Assembly: GCF_006345805.1 (NCBI RefSeq)
Contig: NC_042998.1
Location: forward strand, 164,982,001-165,046,000
Length of the DNA stretch: 64,000 nt
Origin: Octopus sinensis
Taxonomy: Eukaryota
Reading direction: 5' to 3'
How positions within the stretch are numbered: position 1 is the first letter of the stretch; the number at the start of each line of letters is the position of its first letter. Below the pieces are notes generated by a model that saw nothing but the letters and a program-made list of their open reading frames with translations, was not told the DNA's origin and did not search any database. This document shows, in pieces, positions 13,671 to 27,871 of the stretch. The translations under genes were made by a program, and so were the position numbers.

Positions 13671-14759
13671 CGGTGTAAACATAAAGGCACACGCGCTCGC
13701 AAATATATGCTCACCAATCGTCGTGGAATACTTTCCAACTCATTCTGTTTGTAAGAGCACTGGGATTCTACAGCATCAGTTTAAAGTACTATCACTTGGT
13801 AGACACTAGTATGTTCTTGAGGAAGAATCCTAAGTACTGCTACTCCATTCTGATGCAGTAAGTGTCACAAAGAATCTGAAAAAATATGCATTTTCAAGAC
13901 AATAGAAATATTAAGATCGCCAAGAAAGTCAATGAAGAGTACTATATATAGAAGCGGGTACACACACACACGCACGCGCCTGCGCACAAATGGCGGGTTC
14001 TCGGCATGAAGTCTTGCATAAGACGTGATGATTAAACAAACTAGAAAATTAATTTACAACTCTTTCTTTCAGTTGTCTATATAAAGTTAAATTTTCTTAT
14101 AAAGTATGTTTTTAAGTATACTTTACAATATATGGACTGTATTAAGAAGTGCTCATTGCGAGCTAAATCGAAGAATAAGGGAAATTATAGAGGGAATACA
14201 TGCAGGTAATCAATACAAATTCCAAAGCATAATTTTAAACACTCAGTGAAACAAATATACATATAAATTTATAAATCAGTGAACAAAATTACATGTAAAT
14301 ATCATATATGAAAACTATGCATCATATACGTTGGGTTCAGGTACCGAATGGAGGAATGACAAATAAAGAGTAACAAATTCGAGGTAAGGGCTTCCAAAAG
14401 GAACTGTTCAAATCGATTAAGAATTTGGTGTTTATAGGAAATGTCGAATGAGAGTTCAAAATTTAAAAATTCAAGGATAACTAGGTAGATAAAATAATTA
14501 TATATAGATTCGGGTGAATTCGGACAAAGGCTATCATCTACGGCCGTTTCAGGTGTACAATAAATGTGTAAATTCTCCTTTAATCTATAAAATTATTTGG
14601 TGATTCTATTGAAGGCTTCTGTCCAGGTACATGCGCATTGAACTATTGAAATTATTTGATTTATTGTTAATTTGTTGCAGTTTTTCAAAGAACACACAGC
14701 TTGTGCAACAAGTTCGTGTTTTTTTTTTTTTTGTATTTTCTCCCGTTTTGGATAGAAAT

Positions 14760-16200
14760 AGATATGACTGAAATAGGCATCGAGGAAGGACGAGCCGGAG
14801 CTACGCGTCGGTAGCGGGAAAACAGAACATGTCGAAGACTGTAAAACAGTTATATATGAGAGAAGTAGCTGCCCCCCACGATAAATTATATGAATGCAAG
14901 CAATTTGCATAAAAGGAAGGGTTGAAAGTAAAATTGACCCCTCTGGAGGATTTAATTGGAGATACGAAAAGAAGAACAATAATTTATAGGACCTTATATT
15001 TACCCCGAAAAAAGATCGAAATGGCTCCAGAAGTGGTCATTGAGAAATGTTGAGACTCTATTAGAGATGACATTTCCTACTACACTCGAGGTAGGAAATA
15101 CAGTACAGTGGAGGTAAGAGTTGCCTCCGTAGAGGTGGCAGTTAAGCACTCCACTGTACCAGTAAGAACTGAAGAATTGCTGCTCCTGCCAACCTACCTG
15201 GGAAACGAATCTTCAGGGTTAGGATTGGCAGGAATCCGCTGGAAATGAGAGAAGTGTGGATAGCGGCAGCTGTACTCTCTGGAACTAAGGAAGACTCTGG
15301 AACTAAGATTGTGCAGGCAACTCAGACACAACAGCTGAATTGAGTGGGGTTACGGCCTGGAATTAATTGTCCAGGTGGCGTGGACAATTAATTGTCCAGG
15401 CCACCCAAGCAGACTTAAACGAACTCCCAGAAGTTATTGAGCTACCCGAAGGAAAATAAAATTAACAGTAACAGTAGAAGGGAGACCTACCTGCTATGGC
15501 TGTGGGCAGAAAGGACACAACAAAAAAGAAGTGCCCCCAAACCGAACAAGATCAGATGAAAGTAGTAGAGGTCTTGGCCGAGCCCGAGAACACAGCGAAG
15601 GCAGCGGAAGAGACCCAAGATGCGATAGAAAGTGAACAAACAGACCAAGAAGATGCCGAGGAGGACTATATACAAGTTACAAGAAAAAGAGAAAGAAACA
15701 ATTCATTACCAAAATGCACACAAGCAAAGAAGAAAAAAAAAAGTCACACACACCAGAAAGACAAAATACAGGCAACAACAGAAAACAACACACCCACACA
15801 GCACACACCACTGCTAACATCCACACACAAAAAAAAACAACCCAGAATCTCCCGTCAAGCAGATACTTACAGACACACAAACCCCGACAATGCATACTGC
15901 ATACTTAATGGCTGACAAATCTAGCAAATCCATAGAGAAAAAATCAATAAATCTTAAAATATTACTAGAGTTAAACTTTTTAATTTCCACTCACCTGAAA
16001 AAAAGTGCATAAGCTAAGATACGAAACATTAAAAAAATATTACCAATCGGATACACAACTATGGGGAGAGAGGTGAGGTTTGAAACCCTGAAACCCGGTG
16101 ATAGAATATAAGGAATTGGATCCTTATTTCGTAGATTAAGTAAAATTGATTCGATGATGGAACAGATATTGAACTGAAAATGAACAGTTAATGAACAGTA
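14760..16200 (+). pseudogene. Decayed L1/Tx1-type LINE ORF1 (gag-like) with CCHC zinc knuckle
   Basis: RTLYLPRKKIEMAPEVVIEKC*DSIRDDISYYTRGRKYSTVEVRV..., then GRPTCYGCGQKGH/TKKKCP (C-x2-C-x4-H-x4-C with a 1-nt insertion at ~15519); several stops and frameshifts. Clade assignment is inference. Confidence 0.65.
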
Positions 16201-16429
16201 AAAACGCGATTGCTTAAGGGTGAGGCTCGGGCAAGGACGTCCAACATTAAAAGCTATTAACCTTTTATTTTTTAACTTATGGCAAAAATTAATTTCATTT
16301 CCATAATTTGGATGTAGTTACATCAGTATGCCAAATTTGAAAACAGGACAAAAATAAATAAAAGTGGAAAACTGTGACAGCAACAGCAAAGTTCCCTTAT
16401 TTTTGAATCTGGTAATTAATCTATAGACC

Positions 16430-16680
16430 ACATTTACCGAACTGTTAAGTTAGGGGACACAAACCAACACAGCTGTCAAGCGTTGGTGGGCGACATAAGC
16501 AAAACGCACGCGCGTGTGCACACACACGTAAGGATTCTTTTAGTTTCCGTCAACCAAAACCACTCCTAGGTTTTTTGTCAGACTGGGCTATAGCAGAAGA
16601 CACTTGGCCAAGGTACCATACAATGGGACTGATCCCGGAACCATGTGGCTGGGATGTGGTCGTCTCAGTACGCAGCGTAG
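16430..16680 (-). mobile_element. Diverged family 2 SINE
   Basis: gctatagcagaagacacttggccaagg...gggactgatcccggaaccatgtgg. Confidence 0.65.
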
Positions 16681-19371
16681 CCTGCATGTTTATTGAATGT
16701 ATAAATGTCAACTTCACAATTTCTGAATCTATATTAACCTTTTGTCTGTCCTGTGCATCGAATATGATAAACAGTACATATTTCATATATGATACACATT
16801 TTCGGTCTTTTAATCAAAAGAGTAAATTGTGACTTGTAATAGAAATCTTTTTTTTACTCAGAACATATGAAACAAGAGCTAACTAAAAGTCTAAAAACAA
16901 GCATAGACGTCTAGGAGAAACTTGTCTAAATCATTTAGTCAGGCTGAAAGTTCGAGTCTTTAATGTAAATTTAACGTTCCCGATTATTCAACCCAAAGAA
17001 GAAAGGAAGCAACGTGAGACTATATAAGCAGTACAATAAGTAAACTCGATAGCTAACCATATTTCCACGTTAATATGAAGATATTTTTTCTTATCTTGTG
17101 TCATGCTGCTTCCTTTCTTTCATTGTTTAAATTAATTGGCAATATGAAACTCAGAGTAACGATCCAAGAAGCTTCAGCTTCTGATAAAATATACAAACTC
17201 TATGTACTGAATACCTTATTTTAGCTTACACACACACACACACATGGACTGTGTAAATCTGCTTCAGTCACTCTCACCCACCGTGTGTGTCTTTGTACGT
17301 ATATATATATATATATACATATGTTGCTAGATAGATATATTGCTATAGTTATATAGATAGAAATAAAGATGCATTATATATATATATATATATATATATG
17401 CTTCTGCTTGCACACATACGTGGGTGTGTACGTCTATATGTGCGAGTACGTGTTGAAGGATATTTATACAGATATGAGGGTATGTGTGTGGGTGTGTATA
17501 TATATATGTATATATATCATTAAATGTGTATTTATGTGTGTATCTTTGTGTGTGCGTATATGCGTAATTTTGTCTTCAATATTTACATTTCTCCTCTATA
17601 GCCAATGTTTTTCATGTGTATCCCAAGTGTGGCTTGGTTTGTTTGCACACCTGCAATACAGCTCTTAACACTACCAAAATGTTAACCGTCTCTTCATTAA
17701 CCGAATACCAAGCAGGCGAAGATTCTTACCTCTTCTACCCCTTCTCTCTAGTACCAACTCTTTCACAACATTCTGATAACTCCCCTCTCTCTCTCTCTCT
17801 CTCTCTCTACCTGTTTCTCTTTCTTCCTTCCTCTCTTCTCCTTTGCCCTACACGCATAACTCCCTTCAAGCATTTACTTGTAAAGTTCTTTCTCTCTGTC
17901 TGTTCTTGCCCTCCTCTTCTACTTCTTCCCGTCCCATCTCTTCTAGCACCAAACACAGCTGTGGTTGTTATTAGAGCGGGTCCTTCTGAGAGACAAGTAG
18001 CTGCGAAAATACAAGCTAATTTTTTTCCCACCACTCCAAACCGTCATAGTCAAAAGCTTGTTCTAGTCAAACACGAAATGACTCCAGGAGAGGCTGTACC
18101 AAGCACAAACTTATATCTAGTTTATGTCTTAAAAGGTCTTAGATATCATGCCCTTATGAGCCGGGGTGGTAGTGGTTAGCAGTAACTCTGTAAAAGCAAC
18201 AAAACAAAATATAGTTTAAAGTATTATGTTGAAAGAATATCAAGCCAAACACGCTAATCTTTTCAGGTCAGTTTTGTAAGTATATGGGTTACATCTATAG
18301 CGTATATATATATGTGTGTGTGTGTGCATGTGTGTTATCCCACTCATCCATGTGACCTAATTTAGCTTTATATTTTACGCCTCTTACCAAATAGATATCT
18401 AAACGTGTGTATGTGTGTGTGACTAAATATACAGACCGATACACACATACTGGTATAAACATACATGCATTCGTGTGAGTATACGCGCACGATCACACAC
18501 ACACATATGTGCTTGTGTGTGTGTATTTTGTTTGTACAATTATATATTTGCATGAAGGCGTAATAATTATCAGGTTATTTATCCATTGGTTTTGTCTTAA
18601 TCTTAAGGAAGCCAGACTCTACTGTGAAGTGAATGAAAAGTATGTATAGCAGATGAATCCCGAGAAATGTTGCAGCAGTGAACTGTACAAAGGTTTTACT
18701 TGCTCAAAAGATCTGCAATAGAGCGCCTAAATGATCACTGCTTGAAATGGCAGCCAAGTGTTCCTCGATACTTTAGTCTTCTATTCTTCATTTCCAAGTA
18801 TCTCAATTGCCCACCTTTTTTTATTTGTTCCGCTTGTGTTATCGTTTCATGATTGCTTGAAACTTACACCTGCATAAATTACACATGAAACAAGGAGGCG
18901 AACGTTGTTGAAATTGGCTGATATTTCGTATTTGTCGTTTGTCCTCTTCACTCTTGCGCTGTCCTTGTTTAAATACGTTACCCTCTTGTAAATATTGAAA
19001 GTCACTTTAAATTAGTTAGCCCTACATACTACTGTATATGCTTGCAAGGAAGTTGTGATGGTTACACTTGAAATGAATTTGACCATAATTCTGCTCGAAC
19101 AGAAGAATCTATTTTTGGTTAAAGAACAGCAAAAACGACAACTTGCAGTTTTTGTTTCTCACATGTTCTTCAAGATATAGCACAAATCCAGAGCCTCAGT
19201 ACCCATAATCCTGATATTATCTGAAGTTGCACCTGCTCGGCCATTGTATAATTTTACTTACTCACAGAAACATCGTCTACGGATTGGTTTCTCTCAACTC
19301 GCTCTGTCTGTCTCTCTCTACAAAGATCCAATGTAATATTTCTTTCCATATCGTAACTCTCGTCGTTTCCA

Positions 19372-19617
19372 TGTTGAGGCAAGGTTGTTTGTGGAAGACC
19401 AGCAGTCGCCCATGCATACCAGCATGCCACCGATGCAGTCCAAGTAATGCAGCTTGGCACCAGTGACGTCGCAACTCATTTCTACAGCTGAGTGAACTGG
19501 GGCAATGTGAAATAAAATATATCTTGCCCATGAACCTGACACGTAGTCCGGTCCAGGAATCAAACTCACAACCTCACGCTTTAAGCATGACGCTTTAACC
19601 ACCAAGCTATGTGCCTT

Positions 19618-19618
<1 letters not shown>
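19372..19618 (-). mobile_element. SINE family 3 (tRNA-like head)
   Basis: Minus strand tagcttggtggttaaagcg (A-box), gagtttgattcc (B-box), then cacattgccccagttcactcagctgtagaaatgag. Confidence 0.7.
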
Positions 19619-19659
<41 letters not shown>

Positions 19660-20194
19660 TATATTGCTTGTTTGGCTCGTTGTGGCGGTACTGTTTGTTG
19701 AGATAGTGATTTAGACGTGTCAGCATCCAGTGGTTATATTAGCTGGATGATTGCTCCTTGAATGAGCGTGAATCTCAGGTAGCAATCAACGACATGTGAC
19801 CTACATTCTGAAACTTTGATTCGCAGATACGGTAATCTAGCAAACATCTTTAAAGTTTTCTCAAGCGAAATTCCCCCAAGAAAGCATACACTTGCCAAAA
19901 ATTCTATGCGTCTGGATCAAATCTAAGGCTTCGTTAGTACGAAAAGAACTTCTTAGCCATGCATGCATGCCTACGTCCATTGCTGAGACAGTAAAATGTT
20001 AACCGTGGTTGTGCCTAACTTTGTGGTGCCGACATCCTGCGGAGGCGGTGGCTTTGTGATGGTGATCGTGTCCACTAGTAATGAATGCGACCCTTCCGTA
20101 ATGGAAAAGGTGCTGGTATTTCAGTCGCTGTTGCTTAACCCCAGGGTAACGCTTATTCAGAAGGCTTATAATGGTTCCGAATTTTCGTACAAGG

Positions 20195-22280
20195 CCAGTG
20201 ATTTTAAAGAGAAGGCGTTATTCGATTACATCGATCCCATTGCTTGTTTTGCTCTTTATTTTTTATCACTCCGAAAGAATGAAAAGCGTAGCAGACCGCG
20301 GTGGCATTTGAACTCTGAAAGTGGAGGGACGGAAAAAATGCTGCTGATTATTTAACCCGACTCGCTAACTATTCTGCCAGTTAAACCCCTTATAATCAAA
20401 GGCAGTCTAGTCATGACCATCCTATCATATTGCAGGGTACAGTGCTGTATCTAGGATAACATTATCTAATACGTCACTTTAGGGAGATGTTGCTGCTATA
20501 TCTAGCAGGTCGAACGACCGCATAGAGATTTCCTTGTTGGCAGCGTTGTTTAACCATCGGCCAGTTGTTGTCGAGCCGAACATTATTAAAGGTGGACCAA
20601 TAATGACCATACTGTCTTTTTCATGTGCAGGTAACTCAGTATTATCTAAGTATCATTAGATTGATGGATGTGATTTGAGGCGATTTACTCTAAATTCTAA
20701 GATATCAGGAGGCCGTCGCTGTTCAATGTTATAATGTCATTGTTCCCGTTATAATGAACACGGTGGGAGAGGTGGTTGGGTGCTTGTATTGGTGATGGGA
20801 GTGACGTTGGTGTTAGCGGTGCGGATGATTTTGATACCGGTTTCAAATTTTGGCACAAGGCCAGGAATCTCGGTCAATGGGATAAATCGCTTACATTGAC
20901 TCTAGTGCTCAAATGGTACTTATTTTATCGACCCCAAAAGGATAAAAGACAAAGTCGAGCCCGGCAGAATTTGAACTTAGAACGAAAAGACAGACGAAAT
21001 GCTGGTAACGATTCTGCCAGCTCGCCGCCTTAGCAACTGATTTTGATATTCGCGCTCAAGTTAATGCTGGTGACATACATGGAGTTTGTAAAAAAAAAAT
21101 GTGATTTAGGTTATTTTTTCGACTTCTTTTCCATTTTGCCGCGTCTTGTATTCATTTTGTTCTGATTACTTTATTTTATCCACTTCTATTTTACTTCTCA
21201 GTCTTAACTTCTCCCATTTTCTATCTGCTGTTGTTTATTTTTTGCTGTTGTAGTATTTTGACAAGAGGTCTGCTATTAGTGTCAAGGTTAATCACTGATC
21301 ATAATGACGGCGAGTATGTCTTTGTCACGCTTTTCAAATGGGAACATAACAAGCGGCGAGCGTAAGGGTGGAGTCAGCAAAGTAGAGCAACACAAATAAA
21401 ACAACAAAACAACAGCAATGGCTGTTGTCTTGTTTGCTTGTCTTAACAACGGTTCAATAGTATCAGGCAGCAGCACTATTGAACAAGACAATGACAGGAT
21501 GAGCTGATAACGGAGCACTATGTGGTCAGTCGGGGTACTAGAAATGCCAGCCAAATTTCTCTATCTCTAATCATATCTTAGAAAGACCACGTTGGCTAAT
21601 ACAGTTTTGTGTTCTCAGGACTGACCAGGTGGTACAAGAACAATCCTTGAAGCTAAATTCTCCAGCCATATACTATACAACCTTTTTTTATAAGGATCTG
21701 CTCGTGGTTACATAGTGTGTGATTTGTTTGTCCACTCATTCTTTTAATATGCTATCTGCAATGCACCTAGGTAGTTATAAAGTTGTTACAGATTCGATAG
21801 TAAAAGGCACAGAAATGATAGCAAAGAAGCGTCCCATCTTGCTTGCGGTCAACTATGCTTTTCATTCTTTCGGAGTCGATAAAATAAGCACGATGGGACG
21901 CAACTTAGATGAGAATGGAACAGTACCTCTTCCGAGGTACCGTTCCATGGAATAATAAATTATTTTCCCTCTTTCATGAAACAACATACTAACATTTCAA
22001 AAGGTTTTGAATGTGGCGGTATAATGGCAACTTTCTTTAATCATAAAGGAAAAATAATTATTGTCTCAAAGTTCAGTACAAGCCCAACAATTTTTAGGAG
22101 GAGGAAGTTAATCGATTATATTAATCCTAGTGCTCAAATGGTACTTATTCTATCGACCTTGAAAGAATCACCGGTAAAGCCGACTTCAGTGGAATTCTAA
22201 CGCAGAACGTAAAACGCCAAAAGAGATGTTAAGTATTTTTCTTTGCTGATGTAGTAACGAGTCTACAAGCTCGCTGCCTT
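20195..22280 (-). mobile_element. Three dispersed family 1 SINEs (~20195-20390, 20838-21031, 22065-22280)
   Basis: Each shows the reverse-complement core and tRNA-like head (e.g. gattctgccagctcgccgcc at ~21011). Confidence 0.7.
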
Positions 22281-22664
22281 AGAAAAAAGAATGAAGTATC
22301 AATGAAATAGAACATACATACAAATATACAAATTACGAAGATGCGAGTTCAATTTGAGAGGTCTCGTATTTCTTACCTGGAGATTTGAAACATTCTTTTT
22401 GATCGTTTGCATTTTATTGTTTTCAGCCGTGTTTGTTTCTTTGTTTGTTTGTCCGTGGACAAGATATCTCAAGAACCACTTTGGATGGAACATGGAAGTT
22501 CCATTTAAAGTTGGATTTGGATGGAACTTTCATGATGTTTGGCCTCGTGACTGGCACGAACTGATTAGATTTTGGGATTGATCCAGTACCGGACAAGCGT
22601 TCTGGATTATTTTTCCGTTTCTTTAAACTTTATTTTTGAGAGCGGTCGGGCTCATTTTTTGTAT

Positions 22665-22824
<160 letters not shown>

Positions 22825-23223
22825 TGGATGTACAAACGAGAGGAAAATAAACTCAATGTTGTAGAGTTTATTGGATTTTGTGAATTTAAAATTTCACTTA
22901 ATCGCTAATCTGAGTTTCATGTTGCAATCACGTTCGGCACAACCCTGTTTAAATATTCTCGAAAAGGCAAAATGAAAAAAAATAAAATAAAAAAGGAAGA
23001 TAACAGAAAGGAAGAAAGAAAACTTCCAATGTGCACCTGCTTCAAAAAACTTATTGGAAGAAACGGAAACGAAAGGAAAGATGAGAGAGAAGAATAAATA
23101 TTAGATAAGAGTTGGAATAAACACTCGTTTGACTCATGTTATTCGTTTGGTAAACATTTAGTGCCAGCCTTAATTATATGGCAAACATTTGTAGTTTGGT
23201 AATATTACTGTCAGCACAAATGC

Positions 23224-23890
23224 AGCGAACTGACAGAATCGTTAGCATGCCGAGCAAAATGCTTAGCGGCATTTTGACCGTCTTACGTTCTGAGGTAAAA
23301 TTCCGCCGAGGTCGACTTTGTGTTTCATCCTCTAAGAGTCGCTAAAATAAGTAGCAGTTCGGCTCTGAGGTTGATATAAACGACTTACCCCTTCCCGCAA
23401 AATGACTGGCCTTCTGCCAAAATCTGAAATTAATATTAGACCAGGAATTAAGACGGCGAGCTGGTAGAATCTTTACTGTGCCAGGAGAAATGCTGAGTGG
23501 TATTTCTTCCGGCACTTATACGTTCTGAGTTCTAATTCTGCCAAGATCCACTTTGCTTTTTATTCTTTCGGGGTCAATAAAATAAGTACCAGTGAAACAC
23601 TGGGGGTCAATGTAATTGACTTACGCCTTCCCCGACCTTGTGTCAAAATTTGAAATCAATATTACTGTCAGCATGTAAGGTGGTGAGTTGGAGGAATCGT
23701 TAGCATGCCGGACAAAATGCTTAGGGGCAGTTTGTCCGTCTGTACGATCTGAGTTCAAGTTCCGATGAGGTTGACTTTGCTTTTCATCCTTCCGCGGTCG
23801 ATCAAATAAGTACCAGTTAATCACTGGAGTCCATGTAATCGCCTTAACCCCATTCCTGAAATTTCTGGCCTTTTGCCAAAATTTAAACAT
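23224..23890 (+). mobile_element. Three head-to-tail family 1 SINEs
   Basis: Heads at ~23224, ~23451 and ~23679, each followed by gttctgag...ttccgccgag and the core. Confidence 0.8.
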
Positions 23891-23954
23891 ATGTTACCGT
23901 CAGCATTTGGGTATAATGTGTGTTCGTGTGTTCATACATGACTGTACTTGTGGA

Positions 23955-24038
<84 letters not shown>

Positions 24039-25199
24039 TATGATATATATATATATATAATATATATATATGAGTATGATATATATATACAGGGAATGTG
24101 GCATATATATATATATATTATATATATATATATGTAGTAGAAAGTTCTCATATTCTTCTTAGATCTAGTAATTCCAACACACTACCTAATTCCAACACAC
24201 TACCTAATTCCATCTTTAGCAGGAGGAAACACATGAACACGCTTCTTTTATCGAATTAGAGGACACCACGGAATATGTTGCAGTCTCGTAGACTTTGACA
24301 TATTTTCTGTTATTTTGTTCTACACCAGATGTATTTAATGTGCTTTCTACAATCAAGGAGGATGGGCATCTTAGTTTTCTTGATTTCGCTTCCTTTTTCC
24401 CGTTCCAATTTTTGTACCAACACTCTTCACCTTTTTCCTATTTTTTTTTCTTATATTCTCACTGTCCAGCTTCGTCTTGTTTTTAAAATATATATATAAC
24501 GCATAAACAAAGCCTGAAAATTGCTCGAGTTACATGGTGTATTTTATAAAAATACCTGTTCAAGTATCATAAAAGCATGAAACTATTAGTAGCTCTTTCG
24601 CTTGTGTATTAAATATATATGTTATAAACTATATATATATATGTGTGTGTGTGTAAACTATAAAATCATGTATGTAATAGCAGACGGCAAAGGTAACTTT
24701 ATAATTTATTAAATACCCTTTCAGTCTGGATACTTCTTACTGCCCTCACTACTACCATACCTATTGCTTCCTCTGTGAGGTTACCTTTATCTCTCGCCCT
24801 ACCTCAAATTTTAATACTCTGTCTCTTTAAAATGTAAGTTATACGTTTTTCTTACTATTCTCTATAATTTCTTATTTTGTTTTCCTATTTCAATATCTTT
24901 TCCTATTAATCGCTTATCTCTTATAAGTTGTTACTGTTCTTAAACAGAGATATAAACTTACTAGTTACTTAACTCTATGAGAGTTGATTATAACACATCC
25001 ATAATAAAGTATAAATATTTGTGTAAATTTTCATGTGTGCACATATGTGTGAGAATTTGTACACAACTTATTATTATTTGTTTTCCACTTTTTTCCTGAT
25101 TATTTGCTTACAAGCAAAACGCCCCGCGTCCAATGCACGGTGCTGAGGTGTCAAACATTTTGACCAAATTTTCTCAAAACAACTTGTCCGACCGTCCCA

Positions 25200-25475
25200 T
25201 AGGCCTCTCCTTTGAGAAACACTGATTAAACCTAAATTTGAGACACCAGCAAAAGACGGATTTCGGCTGATGTACTTGCGCGTACAAATGCTCGTTCCCA
25301 CGGCTTTATTGATCACATGCTCACCTGGAATCGATTTTTGACATTTTCAAGACTTATATACGCCCTGATACTGTCGGTATCTACACATCAAATTTGAGCG
25401 CAATCGGATGGAGGATGCCCGAGATCCTAGAAGACACACAAACAAACAGACAGAACGGATTTTATATAATAGAGA
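25200..25475 (-). mobile_element. Helitron/DINE-like non-autonomous 5' relic
   Basis: Minus strand ctctattatataaaatccgttctgtctgtttgtttgtgtgtc...ccgattgcgctcaaatttg, with the same 5' architecture as the element at 48478. Confidence 0.45.
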
Positions 25476-26178
25476 ATTAATATATAGATAACATGCTTTA
25501 TCGCCACAGCATTCCATAAGTAAAAACCCAGAGCAGTCTTTATAGAAATCACCTAACAAACAAATAATTAAGTACATGAATGAATATTAAACTAATTCTA
25601 TGTAATCTTCCCTTTCTAATGTTGAAAACTGGTATATATACACAGTTTATCTATTTTGGTTATAATATCATATTTAATAATCTTAAATTTTATCTTTATT
25701 CAGCATAAAATTTTTTTTTATATACAATCACCCCATAGTACCCCATGATAATTTCCTCTGCATTAACATCATATGTTTTATTGGCGTCTCGCCCCTTTAA
25801 CTGGTAATTATCATCTTGATTTGGGGTCTTCCAATACGCAGCCTCCTTTATAGACAGTTACTTTATACTAATCCTAGAAATCTTGACGATATTTATGACC
25901 ATACTCACCTAGGTGCTGTCAACTCACTCCTGTTCTCCATTCTAAGCAGACACAGTCCTATAGTCTTAGATTTGGTAGTTGATAAAAAGACTAATAAATT
26001 AAAAATGAACCACGTTCTTTACAAGCTATAACTACAACAAGCTTCATACATTTCTTAGAAGAGTAGTATATTCTTAGCTACATTAGTAGCAACATGGACT
26101 CTTTCCATCTTGCTCCATTAGAGCATTTGAGTAAATTTATATTGTGTCCAACTGATTAAAAATTCTATTTGTTTATTT

Positions 26179-26266
26179 ATGCAGCTGAGAAGAGCCCTGC
26201 ATTTAAATAGATGTAATGATTGCATTGTTCAATTAAATGGAGCCGCTCGAAACGGTCGTACTGCAT
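26179..26266 (+). ncRNA. Minimal type I hammerhead ribozyme (Penelope-like element type)
   Basis: Helix I ATGCAG 26179-84 / CTGCAT 26261-66; core CTGAAGA 26185-91; helix II GAGC/GCTC extended by CTGCATTTAA/TTAAATGGAG; GAAA 26249-52; helix III A-U and C-G around loop GGTC; cleavage triplet GUA 26258-60. Confidence 0.8.
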
Positions 26267-26384
26267 CACCTCTTGATATCCTGCTGCTTATTTTGATTTT
26301 ATTAACCTTTCAGTTGTACGGATAACACCGCACTGATTTGGTGCTTCAACTTAAGTACTTAATTCAGCCGAATCTCAATTCTCT

Positions 26385-26485
26385 ATATATAATGTATGTA
26401 TTTATGTATATATAATTGTATGTATATATATGTACATATAATTGTATGTATATATATGTATATAATGTATGTATATATTTATATG

Positions 26486-26525
<40 letters not shown>

Positions 26526-26658
26526 TATATATAAATGTATATATATATGAATGTATATATATATATATGTATATATATAAATATATATATATACATGTAT
26601 ATATATGTGCATATATATGTATGTATACATGTATATGCATATATATGTATATATACGC

Positions 26659-26689
<31 letters not shown>

Positions 26690-26742
26690 AATACTTGTAT
26701 ATATATATGTGTGTATATATATATATATATGCATATATGTAC

Positions 26743-26773
<31 letters not shown>

Positions 26774-26995
26774 ATATATGTATATATGTGTATGTATATG
26801 TATATAACAATGTGTATATATCTATGTATATGTATATATATGTATATATATGTATATATATATATGTATGTGTATATATATACATGTAAAATATATGTAT
26901 GCATATATATATATGAGTGTGTGTGTGTATGTATATACATATATGTATATGTGTGTATATTTGTGTGTACATGTGTGTGTATGTGTTTATGTGCG
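26385..26995. repeat. ~600-bp imperfect (TA)n/(TG)n microsatellite field
   Basis: Direct reading; source of the YIYI/MYIY pseudo-ORFs. Confidence 0.95.
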
Positions 26996-27463
26996 TGTAC
27001 GCGTCTCTATAGTAGTAGTAAAAATAGTATGGCCAAATGGTTAAGAAGTTCGCTCCGAAATTACTAGGACCAGGTTCCTTCCTTCCTCAGTGGCCTCTTA
27101 AAGAACTATCACTTTTTATATCTTCAGGTTGACCCAAACCTTGTGAGTCAAACTGGATGTACAAAATCTGTACACAAGCCGGTCGGGTGAATTGTAAAGC
27201 ATAAGGCTAGATTATCAATTAAGATTAAGCGTTGATGGATCAAAATTCAGTTACTGTAGAGCGATGTTGAGGTAAGTATTCATCCACGTGAAATTAATAC
27301 CCGGAACTAAATTACACTGACCTGATATTATGAGCATATATATTAAAAACAGTTAATGTGTTGAATCGTAGCAAAAATCTTTAGTTAAAAAAGTGGGGTC
27401 AGGTTATTATTAAAAGAGTTTGAGGAGAAATGCTGTAGATAGATTATATGTGGCAGTCTGGAT

Positions 27464-27655
27464 ATGCTGTCATCTTCCACTGTTCGCTTTATTGTTGTAT
27501 GCATGTTGTTGATAATGTGTTTTCTACGCCATGTTCGGCCATGTTCGGCTGAACAACTAGGTGCAATTAACACGTCTATAGTACCAGCTGTTTCATATCC
27601 CCGTCTATTTAAGAACGACCATCTGCTTATTAACTGGAGTATAATACCTCACTAG
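27464..27655 (+). CDS. Possible small secreted-peptide ORF (63 aa, signal-peptide-like N-terminus); unverified
   Basis: MLSSSTVRFIVVCMLLIMCFLRHVRPCSA|EQL...: hydrophobic core and a C-S-A cleavage-like site; GAG|GTAAGT donor upstream at 27271/27272. No recognisable homology. Confidence 0.2.
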   Translation: MLSSSTVRFIVVCMLLIMCFLRHVRPCSAEQLGAINTSIVPAVSYPRLFKNDHLLINWSIIPH

Positions 27656-27817
27656 CATTCACACACACACATGTATGTATGTGAATTAATGACTGACAGA
27701 ATAGCAGGAGATACATGATCACTTCCATTAGGCTATAGTTGTTTCTGCTATAAGAAGCAGAGCACTCACATGTCTGTATGTGGGTGCGTGCGTACGTGAT
27801 TGTGTGTGTGTGTGTAT

Positions 27818-27871
<54 letters not shown>

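Noticed and set aside
13774-13857. 84-nt open segment ending at A|GTAAGT
   Set aside because: Weak acceptor and no recognisable peptide; expected by chance in 64 kb.
14525-14560. Half hammerhead on the minus strand (GAAAC-GGCC-GTA)
   Set aside because: No CUGANGA upstream; at best a relic.
15496-15915. 139-aa acidic/basic ORF as a standalone gene
   Set aside because: It is the frameshifted tail of the decayed LINE ORF1 and begins inside the zinc knuckle.
17616-18179. 187-aa ORF and the antisense 75-aa ORF
   Set aside because: It runs through a (CT)n tract and pyrimidine-rich low-complexity sequence; no recognisable domain or convincing exon chain.
26364-27067. 200+ aa YIYI/MYIY ORFs (also near 24000, 34500-35100, 43200-43900, 60600-61300)
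   Set aside because: Dinucleotide and tetranucleotide microsatellites lack stop codons by construction.
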